Assembly: GCA_039024335.1 (NCBI GenBank)
Contig: JBCCQM010000015.1
Span: 3,781-67,780, forward strand
Source: Myxococcota bacterium
GTDB lineage: Bacteria; Myxococcota_A; Polyangia; Nannocystales; Nannocystaceae
Direction: 5' to 3'
DNA: 64,000 bases
Shown: piece after piece, positions 48,515-56,784 of the stretch
How the letters are laid out: each line of letters starts with the position of its first letter
Numbering within the stretch: the first letter of the stretch is position 1
Notes under the pieces: generated by a model
The model's database searches: none
What the model was told of the DNA's origin: nothing
Seen by the model: the letters and a program-made list of their open reading frames with translations, nothing else
Translations under genes and position numbers: made by a program

Positions 48515-49720
48515 TCAGCGGTCGTCGCGACGTTCGAGCCACACTTCGACCGAAGAAATCGACCACGCGTCGTCGTCGGCGGTCGACTGCATGGTCGCGT
48601 TCACACAGTCGTAGCGCAGGCGCGCGGCGAAGCGATACGAACCGGGGGTGATGGCGCCGCCTTCGTTCGAGCGCCGCGCGACCGTGGGTGCCTCGCCGGA
48701 TTCTCGATCCCCGACGAACCCTAAGTTGAACGCTGAATCCGTGGGGTCACCGATGTCGCAGAACGGCGCGATTTCGGTCTCCCTCTTCTCCGGTTCGACG
48801 CATGAGCCGTCGACGTCTCCCTCGCCACACCGGACTTCACCGACGCCTGGGCCGACGCCGGCCGTCGGCGCGAGCCGCAGCCATGAGGACTGGGTTGTGT
48901 CGACTGGCGCAAGAAGAAACAGGCCGTGGTCGGCCTGGACCCCTCCATCGATCTCATTGAAGCCGTGACTGTGTTCCACGCGAATGACGAGGTCGAACGC
49001 GACGGCCTTGCCGTCGGCGTCCGTCACGTCTGGAATGGCGAACGGACGAGAGGTCAGCAGCGCTTCGGGCCATTGCGTCGACGACACCGTTTCGTCGCCG
49101 CCGAGATAAGGCCCAGACAAAAACGCGCCGTCCCCATTCTGCGCCCAACCGCTGCAAAGCTCCGTTTCGTCGCAGAACAGCGTGTTTCCTGGGGTCCCAG
49201 TTGTCCACTCGAAGAGCACGAGCTTGCCGCACTCCTCGGAACAGACGTCCGCTTGGTCGCCCCAGACGTCACAAAGCTCTCCGGGATTGAGAGAGCCGTT
49301 CCCGCACGGGTCCTCGTACTCGCAGTCCACGCAGTTCGAGTTGGCCCCGTTGTCACACTCTTCCCCCGGGTCGAGTTCGTCGTCCCCGCAAAACCCGCCC
49401 ATCGTCGTCGACTCGGCGACGGTCGTGGTGCTTGTGGTGCTCGTGCTCGTCGACGTGTCGGTCGAGGACATGCTCGCCGAAGGGTCGGTCGTCGAGACCG
49501 ACGTCGAGCCCGTGCCGACGACGACGTCCTCATTGCAGAGCCCACCGCAGCACATCTGATTGGCCTCTGCGTCCAAGGCACACGAGACCCCAAGACCACA
49601 GTCATCGTCCTGGGCACAGAGCAGACCGTTGGCTGCGTCACCGACGAAGCAGCCGCCCATCAGCGCGCCCAGCAGTCCGATCCCCACCCGCAGCGCTGCC
49701 GTTTCTCGATGCCAAACCAT
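48515..49720 (-). CDS. Lipoprotein with Cys-rich N-terminal module and Myxococcus-type cysteine-rich repeats
   Basis: Lipobox GALMGGC, S/T-rich linker, then FCGDDELDPGEECDNGANSNCVDCEYEDPCGNGSLNPGELCD (two TIGR02232-like repeats) and a ~230-aa C-terminal domain. Confidence 0.75.
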   Translation of the reverse strand: MVWHRETAALRVGIGLLGALMGGCFVGDAANGLLCAQDDDCGLGVSCALDAEANQMCCGGLCNEDVVVGTGSTSVSTTDPSASMSSTDTSTSTSTTSTTTVAESTTMGGFCGDDELDPGEECDNGANSNCVDCEYEDPCGNGSLNPGELCDVWGDQADVCSEECGKLVLFEWTTGTPGNTLFCDETELCSGWAQNGDGAFLSGPYLGGDETVSSTQWPEALLTSRPFAIPDVTDADGKAVAFDLVIRVEHSHGFNEIDGGVQADHGLFLLAPVDTTQSSWLRLAPTAGVGPGVGEVRCGEGDVDGSCVEPEKRETEIAPFCDIGDPTDSAFNLGFVGDRESGEAPTVARRSNEGGAITPGSYRFAARLRYDCVNATMQSTADDDAWSISSVEVWLERRDDR

Positions 49721-49820
49721 GCGTACGCCTGTGGAGGGACGATACCAGGAGTCGCGGGCGGGTCCACGCGTCCGCGCACGTCGGTTTGCGGGGGCGCATG
49801 CTTTCGGTACCTTCTACGCC

Positions 49821-51164
49821 ATGGCTTTTCGGATCTCGACCCTCACCGCGCTCTCCCTCGCCCTGGCGATGAGCGGGTGCAGAGACGACGAGAACCCCAG
49901 CGAACCGGGCGCGACGGGAACCTCGTCGACGACCGACGCGACCGCTTCGGCAACCCTCTCGGATGGCAGCAGCAGCACGAGCATCGACGGCTCGAGCACG
50001 TCCATCCTGGAGACGGGAACCATCGGCGACACGTCGTCGAGCACGGAAGGCTCCGACCCCACCCTGACGGACCCCTCGACCGGTCTCGACACGGACGACG
50101 GCGAAGCAAACTGCAACGATGGCACCGCGGTCCCTGGCGAGCTCTGCCTCGGGCCTCACGTCGTCGTTGAAGCCGGGCGCTCCACCGCTGCGCTCGCGGT
50201 GGGCGACTTCGATGGCGACGGGGTCCTCGACCTCGTCGCAGGCCACGATGACGGCCTCAGCGTCCGGTTCGGCACCGGGGACGGCTCCTTTGAAGATGTG
50301 CAGGACTTTCCATTGACGGAGTCCGTGCTCGCGGTCCTCGCGGTCGACCTCGACGGTGACGAAATCGACGACGTCGTCGCTGCCGCGCCCTCGACGAACC
50401 AGGTTGCGGTGTTCTTGTCCGATGGCGACGGCTCGTTCGCGGCTCCGCAGCTGTACATGCCAGGGCTTGGACCGCGCGCCCTCGCCGTCGGCGACTTCGA
50501 TGGCGCAGACGGCGTCGACCTCGCCATTGCACTCGAGACCGGGAACGCCATCGCGTGGACGCTTGGCGACGGCAACGGGGACTTTCAGCCGCCCGAGACC
50601 CTCACCGCCGGTACGGCGCCGATCGGCCTCGTCGCAGCCAGCCTCGACGCCAGCGCCAACGATGACCTCGCCGTGGCCAACTTCGGCAGCGCCGCCGTCG
50701 GGGTCTATCTCAGCACCGGTGACGACTTCGGCCCCGAGTCCGGCGTCCCGACGCAGGCCGGACCGCGCGACGTCGTGGCCGCAGACTTCGACGACGACGG
50801 CGACCTCGACCTCGCAACGATTCACCAGGACGCAGGGTCGGCCGGCTTCCATCCGGGCGACGGAAGTGGATCGTTCGGCCGCGCCACGTTCCTCACGACC
50901 GGAGCCAACCCTCGCGATGCCGCGGTCGGAGACCTCGACGGTGACGGCGTCCCTGACATGGCTGTCGCACTTCAGACCGGCAACGCCATCGGTGTCCTGC
51001 GCGGTGTCCCCGGTGAAGGGCTCGACGAGCCCATGCTGTTCGCCACGCTGAGTGCCCCAACGGCCATTGCGGCCGGCGACTTCAATGGCGATGGTGCAAT
51101 GGACATTGCCACTGGCAGTGCCGGCGCCCAGGGTGGCATTGCGATCATACTCGCGACACCGTAG
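49821..51164 (+). CDS. FG-GAP/VCBS-repeat (integrin-alpha-like beta-propeller) lipoprotein
   Basis: Lipobox LALAMSGC, S/T/D linker, and about seven repeats of the type VGDFDGDGVLDLV / AADFDDDGDLDLA / AGDFNGDGAMDIA. Confidence 0.85.
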   Translation: MAFRISTLTALSLALAMSGCRDDENPSEPGATGTSSTTDATASATLSDGSSSTSIDGSSTSILETGTIGDTSSSTEGSDPTLTDPSTGLDTDDGEANCNDGTAVPGELCLGPHVVVEAGRSTAALAVGDFDGDGVLDLVAGHDDGLSVRFGTGDGSFEDVQDFPLTESVLAVLAVDLDGDEIDDVVAAAPSTNQVAVFLSDGDGSFAAPQLYMPGLGPRALAVGDFDGADGVDLAIALETGNAIAWTLGDGNGDFQPPETLTAGTAPIGLVAASLDASANDDLAVANFGSAAVGVYLSTGDDFGPESGVPTQAGPRDVVAADFDDDGDLDLATIHQDAGSAGFHPGDGSGSFGRATFLTTGANPRDAAVGDLDGDGVPDMAVALQTGNAIGVLRGVPGEGLDEPMLFATLSAPTAIAAGDFNGDGAMDIATGSAGAQGGIAIILATP

Positions 51165-51233
51165 ACATACCCGCAGGGTCGCGGAATCACATCGTTCCTG
51201 GCGCATGCCGCCCGCCGCGTGTAGACTCGCGGC

Positions 51234-53333
51234 ATGGTTTATGGAGGTCGCGTTGGGATCGCTGCGTCTTGGCTCGCTGTCGCGGTGGCGATGACGGCCT
51301 GTGGAGACCTCGGAGAGGACTTCGCCAGCGGCGCCGGTGCTGAAGATGGTGATACCGACGGTCCCGGCAATGCGGACACCGACAACCCGACACCCGTCGA
51401 CGGCGACGACGACACTGCAACCACGGACGACCCGGAAAGCACCGGCGCCGAGAGCGGCGGGAGTGATGATGGAGGGACCGACGGCGAAGACGACGGGTCT
51501 GGAGCCGTCTGCGACCTCGAGTGCGGGGAAAGTGGCTGGTGCGACTACGACGACAATGGCGCCCCGACCTGTGCATGCGACGAGGGGTTTGCATCCACCG
51601 GCCTCGGCTGCGTCCCGTGTAACCCGGTCGAAGACGGCGTCCTGCCAGGCCTAGTGCCGAGCATCGAAGCCACGTTCACGATTTCGGTCAACGAGGATAC
51701 GCCTGACGCGAGTCCCTACGACTTCGGTCGCATCGAGCTGCGGAATCGGGCAACGGGCGACCGAGTCGAGCTGGGCCGCACGGCTGATGAGACACTGACC
51801 GCCCGCATCGTGCCCGGAACCTACGACGTGCTTTACAGCGTCGTCGAAGCCGGCGCGACGGTCCCGAAAAACCGCGGTGCCGTGCTGAGCACCGTCGAGC
51901 TTACGGAGGACGGTACCGAGCTCAAGATCGACGTCCCCACCGCATCCATCGCCGGTAGGATCACCGTAGGCGGCTCCACATCGGCAAGCAACGTCTACAA
52001 CTTCGGGCGGCTCTGGCTGGTCAACAAGTATACCGGTGACCGCGTCCTGCTCGGAACGACGAGGGACCCGCAGTACAGCGCCCGCGTCATTCCTGGTGAC
52101 TACGAGGTCCGCTACGAGGTGCGCGAGAACGACGGAGACGTTCCGTCCAACTTCGACGGCTTCGTCTCCAATCTCTCGGTCGGCCAAGACGACGACGCGT
52201 TGGATATCGACGTTCCACTCGTTCGCTACAGCGGCGACGTCACCATCGACGAGCAGAGCGTCGGCAGCCCGTACGAGGGCGGACGACTCGAGCTTCGCGA
52301 CGTCGACACGGGCGACGTCTTCTCCATCGGTGACACACGCGACGAGGAATTCGACATCGCCGTACTGCCAGGGAGCTACGAAATCCTGTACACGCACCTC
52401 GAGGGCGGGGACGCAGCGCCCGTGAACAAGGGCGCCATCCTCGGAACGATCGACCTGCCCGAACCCGACAACGGTACCGGCGCCGTCACGAGCGACATCA
52501 AGATCAAAACGGTCGTCGTCTCCGGTGGGTTCCAGCTCGGGGACTCGACGCCTCCGGGCAATACCGCCGACGACGGCGTCATCAGCCTCGAGAGCCCCAT
52601 GTGGGGCACGGCAGTGCTGGGGAACACCCACGACGGCGCCTACGTCTCGCGCGTGATTCAGGGCGAATACGACGCGTACTACGCTCAGGAGACGGCCAGC
52701 GTGGTGATGCCGAAGAACACGCACGCCAAGCTCTCCGAAAAGCCATTCACGCTCATGAGCGAGGCTATGACGATCGAGATCCCCGTCGTCGAAGTCACCG
52801 GCAACCTCACCATCGGAGGGGTCGAGGCACCGGACTCCCCGTACGACGACGGTCGGCTGTACCTACGCAACCGAGACACCGGCGACTCCGTGCTCTTGGG
52901 CAACACCCGACTGGGCACGTACGCGGCCCGCATCGTGCCCGGCACGTATGACGTCGTGTACGAGAACGAGTTCAGCGACACCCAGCTGCCGATCAACCGC
53001 GGCGCGGTCGTCCGAACCGACGTCACAGTGGACGTCGAGAACGACCAGCTCGACATCGATGTTCCCGTCTCAACCGTGGTCGGCGACATCGAGATCGGCA
53101 ACAGCACGCCCGAACTCGCCGAGGGTCTTGGGCAGTTGTTCCTGGTCGACCGCGCGAGCGGCGACGAAATCTTCATCGGACATACCGGCGCAGCATCGTT
53201 CGCACGCCCGCTCACCGACGGCACGTACCTGATGGAGTACCGGGGCGTCGCCGCCGAGGGAGCCACCTTGGGCGACTCGCTTCCGGCGAACGAGCGCGCA
53301 GTGTTCGCCTGTTTCAATCTCAGCGCAGAGTAG
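51234..53333 (+). CDS. Lipoprotein with EGF-like Cys knot and six ~93-aa repeats (paralog A)
   Basis: Lipobox VAMTAC and an acidic D/T/G linker. Cys knot CDLECGESGWCDYDDNGAPTCACDEGFASTGLGCVPC. Six modules share Y.FGR(L/I).L.N..TGD...LG.T....Y.AR(I/V).PG.Y.V.Y.....G..(V/L)P.N....IDVP. Confidence 0.8.
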   Translation: MVYGGRVGIAASWLAVAVAMTACGDLGEDFASGAGAEDGDTDGPGNADTDNPTPVDGDDDTATTDDPESTGAESGGSDDGGTDGEDDGSGAVCDLECGESGWCDYDDNGAPTCACDEGFASTGLGCVPCNPVEDGVLPGLVPSIEATFTISVNEDTPDASPYDFGRIELRNRATGDRVELGRTADETLTARIVPGTYDVLYSVVEAGATVPKNRGAVLSTVELTEDGTELKIDVPTASIAGRITVGGSTSASNVYNFGRLWLVNKYTGDRVLLGTTRDPQYSARVIPGDYEVRYEVRENDGDVPSNFDGFVSNLSVGQDDDALDIDVPLVRYSGDVTIDEQSVGSPYEGGRLELRDVDTGDVFSIGDTRDEEFDIAVLPGSYEILYTHLEGGDAAPVNKGAILGTIDLPEPDNGTGAVTSDIKIKTVVVSGGFQLGDSTPPGNTADDGVISLESPMWGTAVLGNTHDGAYVSRVIQGEYDAYYAQETASVVMPKNTHAKLSEKPFTLMSEAMTIEIPVVEVTGNLTIGGVEAPDSPYDDGRLYLRNRDTGDSVLLGNTRLGTYAARIVPGTYDVVYENEFSDTQLPINRGAVVRTDVTVDVENDQLDIDVPVSTVVGDIEIGNSTPELAEGLGQLFLVDRASGDEIFIGHTGAASFARPLTDGTYLMEYRGVAAEGATLGDSLPANERAVFACFNLSAE

Positions 53334-53346
53334 AGAGAATCAAGCG

Positions 53347-55416
53347 ATGGCGCGTCCGAAGTACATCCAGACCCGAACGTCCGTGACGCTGATCGGCGCG
53401 ATGTTATGTGCGGGCGGATGTTCGCTCGAAGACGTGGCCAGCGCAGACGCCAACGCCGATACCGACACCGGTAACTCGACGCTCTCGTCAGGAACCGGAG
53501 ACGACGGCGGTGACGTCACAGGCTTGACCGCAGATACGGCGGGCGACGATTGGACTGAAGGGACCGGTCCTGGTTGGGATACGGACACCGATCCGACGGA
53601 TGCCGATCAAGAAGGCACCTGCAACCTCGACTGCGGGCAGGGTGGGTACTGCGACGAAAGCAACGACGTCCCCACGTGTGTATGCGACCCGGGCTTTGCC
53701 TCGACCGGCCTCGACTGCGTGCCCTGCGAGACGATCGCGGACGGCACCCTGCCGGGCATCGTCCCCGCCGTTCGGGCGGCCTTCGAGTTCAGCATCAACG
53801 GAGACGTCCCGCCCCAAAGCCCCTACGACTTCGGTCGCCTCGAACTGCGCAACCAGGCCACCGGTGACGCCGTCCCCCTGGGCCGCACCAACGATGACGG
53901 CGCCTCACTCCTCGTCGTTCCCGGGAAGTACGACGTCCTGTACCGCCTCGTCGAGGGTGGAGAGGCGCTTCCCACCAACGAGGGGGTCGTGCTCGAGACG
54001 TTGGCGATCTACGAAGCGGCCGGGACCTATGCGATCGACATCCCGTACGCTCACTACACGGGTCGAATCAGCGTCAACGGCGAGGCGAACGTCAGCAACG
54101 TCTACAACTTCGGCCGTCTGTGGTTGGTCAACCCCTCGACGGGTGACCGCGTCTCTCTGGGCGATACGCGCGCCACGCAGTTCAGCGTCAACGTCGTTCC
54201 TGGCCGTTATGAAATCCGCTACGAGGTCCGCGAAAACGACGGGCTCGTCCCTGCAAACCGCAGCGGCCTCATCCAGGAGATCGACATCGTCTCTGACACG
54301 GAGCAGGACATCGACGTCCCGATGGCGACCTACACCGGGGAGATCACCATCGACGGCACCGCGGTCGAGTCCCCCTACGAATGGGGCACGCTGGAACTGC
54401 GCGACATTGCAACGGGCGACGTCTTTCCCTTCGCGCAGACGAACGATGCCGCCTTCTCCGTCAACCTCATCCCGGGCGACTACGAAGTCCGCTACACGTC
54501 CCAAGAAGGCGGCGACGCGGCCCCCATCAACCGTGGCGCCGCGGTGGGCCTGGTCTCGATCAACGAAGACACGGAGGGTGCGATCGACCTGCACACGGCG
54601 CAGGTCAGCGGCGCCTTTACGCTCGCGGGTGAAACCCCGCCGGGCAGCACAGCCGACGACGGGGTCGTGATGCTCCAGGGGGAGACCGGTGGCACAGCGC
54701 TGTTGGGCAACACCCACGATGCCGCCTACTCAGCTCGAGTTCTCGTTGGCGCCTACGAGGTGGTCTACGCCCAGGAAACCGCAAGCCTGAACATGCCCGG
54801 CAACACCCACGCGGTGCTGACCAAGGCTGAGGTCGTCTCGGACGACTCGCTCTCGATCGACATTCCGGTCGTGGAGGTTACGGGCACGCTGACGATCGAC
54901 GGAGACGAGGCACCGAACTCTCCGTACGACGACGGGCGCCTCTACCTGCGCAACGCAGAGACGCGAGACTCGGTCTTGCTCGGCAACACGCGCTTGGGAA
55001 CCTACGCAGCCCGCATCGTCCCCGGAACGTACGACGTCGTGTACGAGAACGAGTTCAGCGACACGCTGCTGCCGCTGAACCGAGGCGCGATCGTGCGTTC
55101 GGGCGTCCAGATCAACCCCGACCAGAGCACGCTCGACATCAACATCCCGGTGTCGGTGCTCTCTGGAGAAGTCGAGATCGACGGCTCGATCCCGTCACTC
55201 GACGAAGGCCTCGGCCAGCTCTTCTTGGTGGACCAGGCCAGCGGTGACGAGATTTTCATCGGCCACACGGGAGCCACCGCGTTCACGCGACCGCTCACCG
55301 ACGGCGTCTACATGGTGCAGTACCGCGGGGTCGCGGCAGAGGGCGCGTCGCTGGGGACGTCCTTGCCTGCCAACAGCAAAGCCTCGTTCGCCTGCATCGA
55401 AGTCGTCAGCGAGTGA
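53347..55416 (+). CDS. Lipoprotein with EGF-like Cys knot and six ~93-aa repeats (paralog B)
   Basis: Lipobox LCAGGC. Cys knot CNLDCGQGGYCDESNDVPTCVCDPGFASTGLDCVPC. Collinear with paralog A, from which it is separated by 13 nt. Confidence 0.8.
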   Translation: MARPKYIQTRTSVTLIGAMLCAGGCSLEDVASADANADTDTGNSTLSSGTGDDGGDVTGLTADTAGDDWTEGTGPGWDTDTDPTDADQEGTCNLDCGQGGYCDESNDVPTCVCDPGFASTGLDCVPCETIADGTLPGIVPAVRAAFEFSINGDVPPQSPYDFGRLELRNQATGDAVPLGRTNDDGASLLVVPGKYDVLYRLVEGGEALPTNEGVVLETLAIYEAAGTYAIDIPYAHYTGRISVNGEANVSNVYNFGRLWLVNPSTGDRVSLGDTRATQFSVNVVPGRYEIRYEVRENDGLVPANRSGLIQEIDIVSDTEQDIDVPMATYTGEITIDGTAVESPYEWGTLELRDIATGDVFPFAQTNDAAFSVNLIPGDYEVRYTSQEGGDAAPINRGAAVGLVSINEDTEGAIDLHTAQVSGAFTLAGETPPGSTADDGVVMLQGETGGTALLGNTHDAAYSARVLVGAYEVVYAQETASLNMPGNTHAVLTKAEVVSDDSLSIDIPVVEVTGTLTIDGDEAPNSPYDDGRLYLRNAETRDSVLLGNTRLGTYAARIVPGTYDVVYENEFSDTLLPLNRGAIVRSGVQINPDQSTLDINIPVSVLSGEVEIDGSIPSLDEGLGQLFLVDQASGDEIFIGHTGATAFTRPLTDGVYMVQYRGVAAEGASLGTSLPANSKASFACIEVVSE

Positions 55417-55452
55417 AACGAAAAAGGCCCCGGTCACGTGGACCGAGGCCTT
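55416..55452 (-). terminator. Rho-independent terminator downstream of dctM
   Basis: Read on the minus strand: GAAGGCCTCGGTC-cacgt-GACCGGGGCCTTTTTCGTTT, a GC-rich stem followed by a T tract. It lies in the 54-nt gap between convergent genes. Confidence 0.7.
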
Positions 55453-55470
55453 CGCTCACCGCGCGCGCCG

Positions 55471-56784
55471 TCAGCTGCGCCCGAGGACGCCCGTCAGCCA
55501 GAGGCTCAGCCCCTCGTTGAACGTGATCGTCAGCAGCGCGGCCAGCATGAGTATCAAGAACGGTAGCGCGTACCGGTAGAGCTTCACGACCGGCTTGTCG
55601 AACGCCAGCGACGAGATGAACAGGTTCAGCCCGACCGGCGGGGTGATGTAGCCGATCTCCAGGTTGGCCAGGAAGATGATGCCCAGGTGCAGCGGATGCA
55701 CGCCGTACTCGGCGGCGATCGGGGTGATGAGCGGCACCACCACGACGATGGCCGAGAAGATGTCCATCAAGCAGCCGACGATCAGCAAGAAGACCGTCAG
55801 CAGCAGCAGGAAGGTGAAGCGGCTCTCCACCGCGCCCGAAATGGCCGCGAGGATCTTCATCGGCACCTCCTCCTGCACGAGGAAGTTCGTCAGGCCCAGC
55901 GCGACGCCGAGAATCAGCAGGATGGCGCCCACCATCACGCTCGCCTCACGAATGACTTTGTCCAGCGAGGGGACCTCCGGGTCGGACGAGAAGAGCTTGA
56001 GGTCCTTGTAGATGAACACCTCGACGATGACGAGGTAGATGGCGCAGATCGCCGACGCTTCGGCGATGGTCACGAGGCCGTCGGTCAGGCCCGGCACGCC
56101 GTAGATGGCGACCAGCACCACCACCGGCACGGCGAGCTCCCACTTCGCCTGCCATGTGGCGGTCATCGCTTCACCGAGGTCGAACGGGGTGCGGTTGACC
56201 TTGCGCTGGTTGCCGACGAACAGGCTGTAGCCGCCGAGCACCAGCAAGAAGATGGCGCCGGGCACGATGCCCGCGACGAACAGCGCGTCGATGCTGGTCT
56301 TCGCGACAATGCCGTAGAGGATGATCGGCAGCGACGGCGGGAACAGCAGGCCGATCGAGCCCGAAGACGTGATGAGCCCGAGGCTGAAGTTCTCCGGGTA
56401 CCGCTCCTTGACCAAGATCGGATGCAGCAGGCCCCCGAGCGCGATGATCGTGACGCCCGACGCACCGGTGAACGTGGTGAAGAAGGCGCAGGAGGCCACG
56501 ACCACGAAGCCGAGTCCACCCGGCAGCCACCCCAGCAGCGCGCGCGAGACCCGAACGAGACGGTCGGCGGCCTTGCTCTCGGCCATCACGAACCCCGCAA
56601 GGGTGAACAGCGGGATCGTGATGAGGTGCGGGTTGGTGGCGAGCTTGTAGTGCTCCTCGCTGAGCACGACCAGGTCGGTGCCCGCGGAGGAGAAGTTCAC
56701 GATGCCCATGCCGCCCAGCACGCTGAACAGCGGGGCCCCGACGAGGGCCAGCAGGATGAGTACGAGTGCGAGCAGCGCGGTCAT
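55471..56784 (-). CDS. dctM: TRAP transporter large permease subunit (DctM family)
   Basis: 437 aa with about 12 TM segments and a typical DctM N-terminus (LLALVGAPLFSVLGGMGIVNF). ATGA overlap with the upstream small-subunit gene. Confidence 0.9.
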   Translation of the reverse strand: MTALLALVLILLALVGAPLFSVLGGMGIVNFSSAGTDLVVLSEEHYKLATNPHLITIPLFTLAGFVMAESKAADRLVRVSRALLGWLPGGLGFVVVASCAFFTTFTGASGVTIIALGGLLHPILVKERYPENFSLGLITSSGSIGLLFPPSLPIILYGIVAKTSIDALFVAGIVPGAIFLLVLGGYSLFVGNQRKVNRTPFDLGEAMTATWQAKWELAVPVVVLVAIYGVPGLTDGLVTIAEASAICAIYLVIVEVFIYKDLKLFSSDPEVPSLDKVIREASVMVGAILLILGVALGLTNFLVQEEVPMKILAAISGAVESRFTFLLLLTVFLLIVGCLMDIFSAIVVVVPLITPIAAEYGVHPLHLGIIFLANLEIGYITPPVGLNLFISSLAFDKPVVKLYRYALPFLILMLAALLTITFNEGLSLWLTGVLGRS

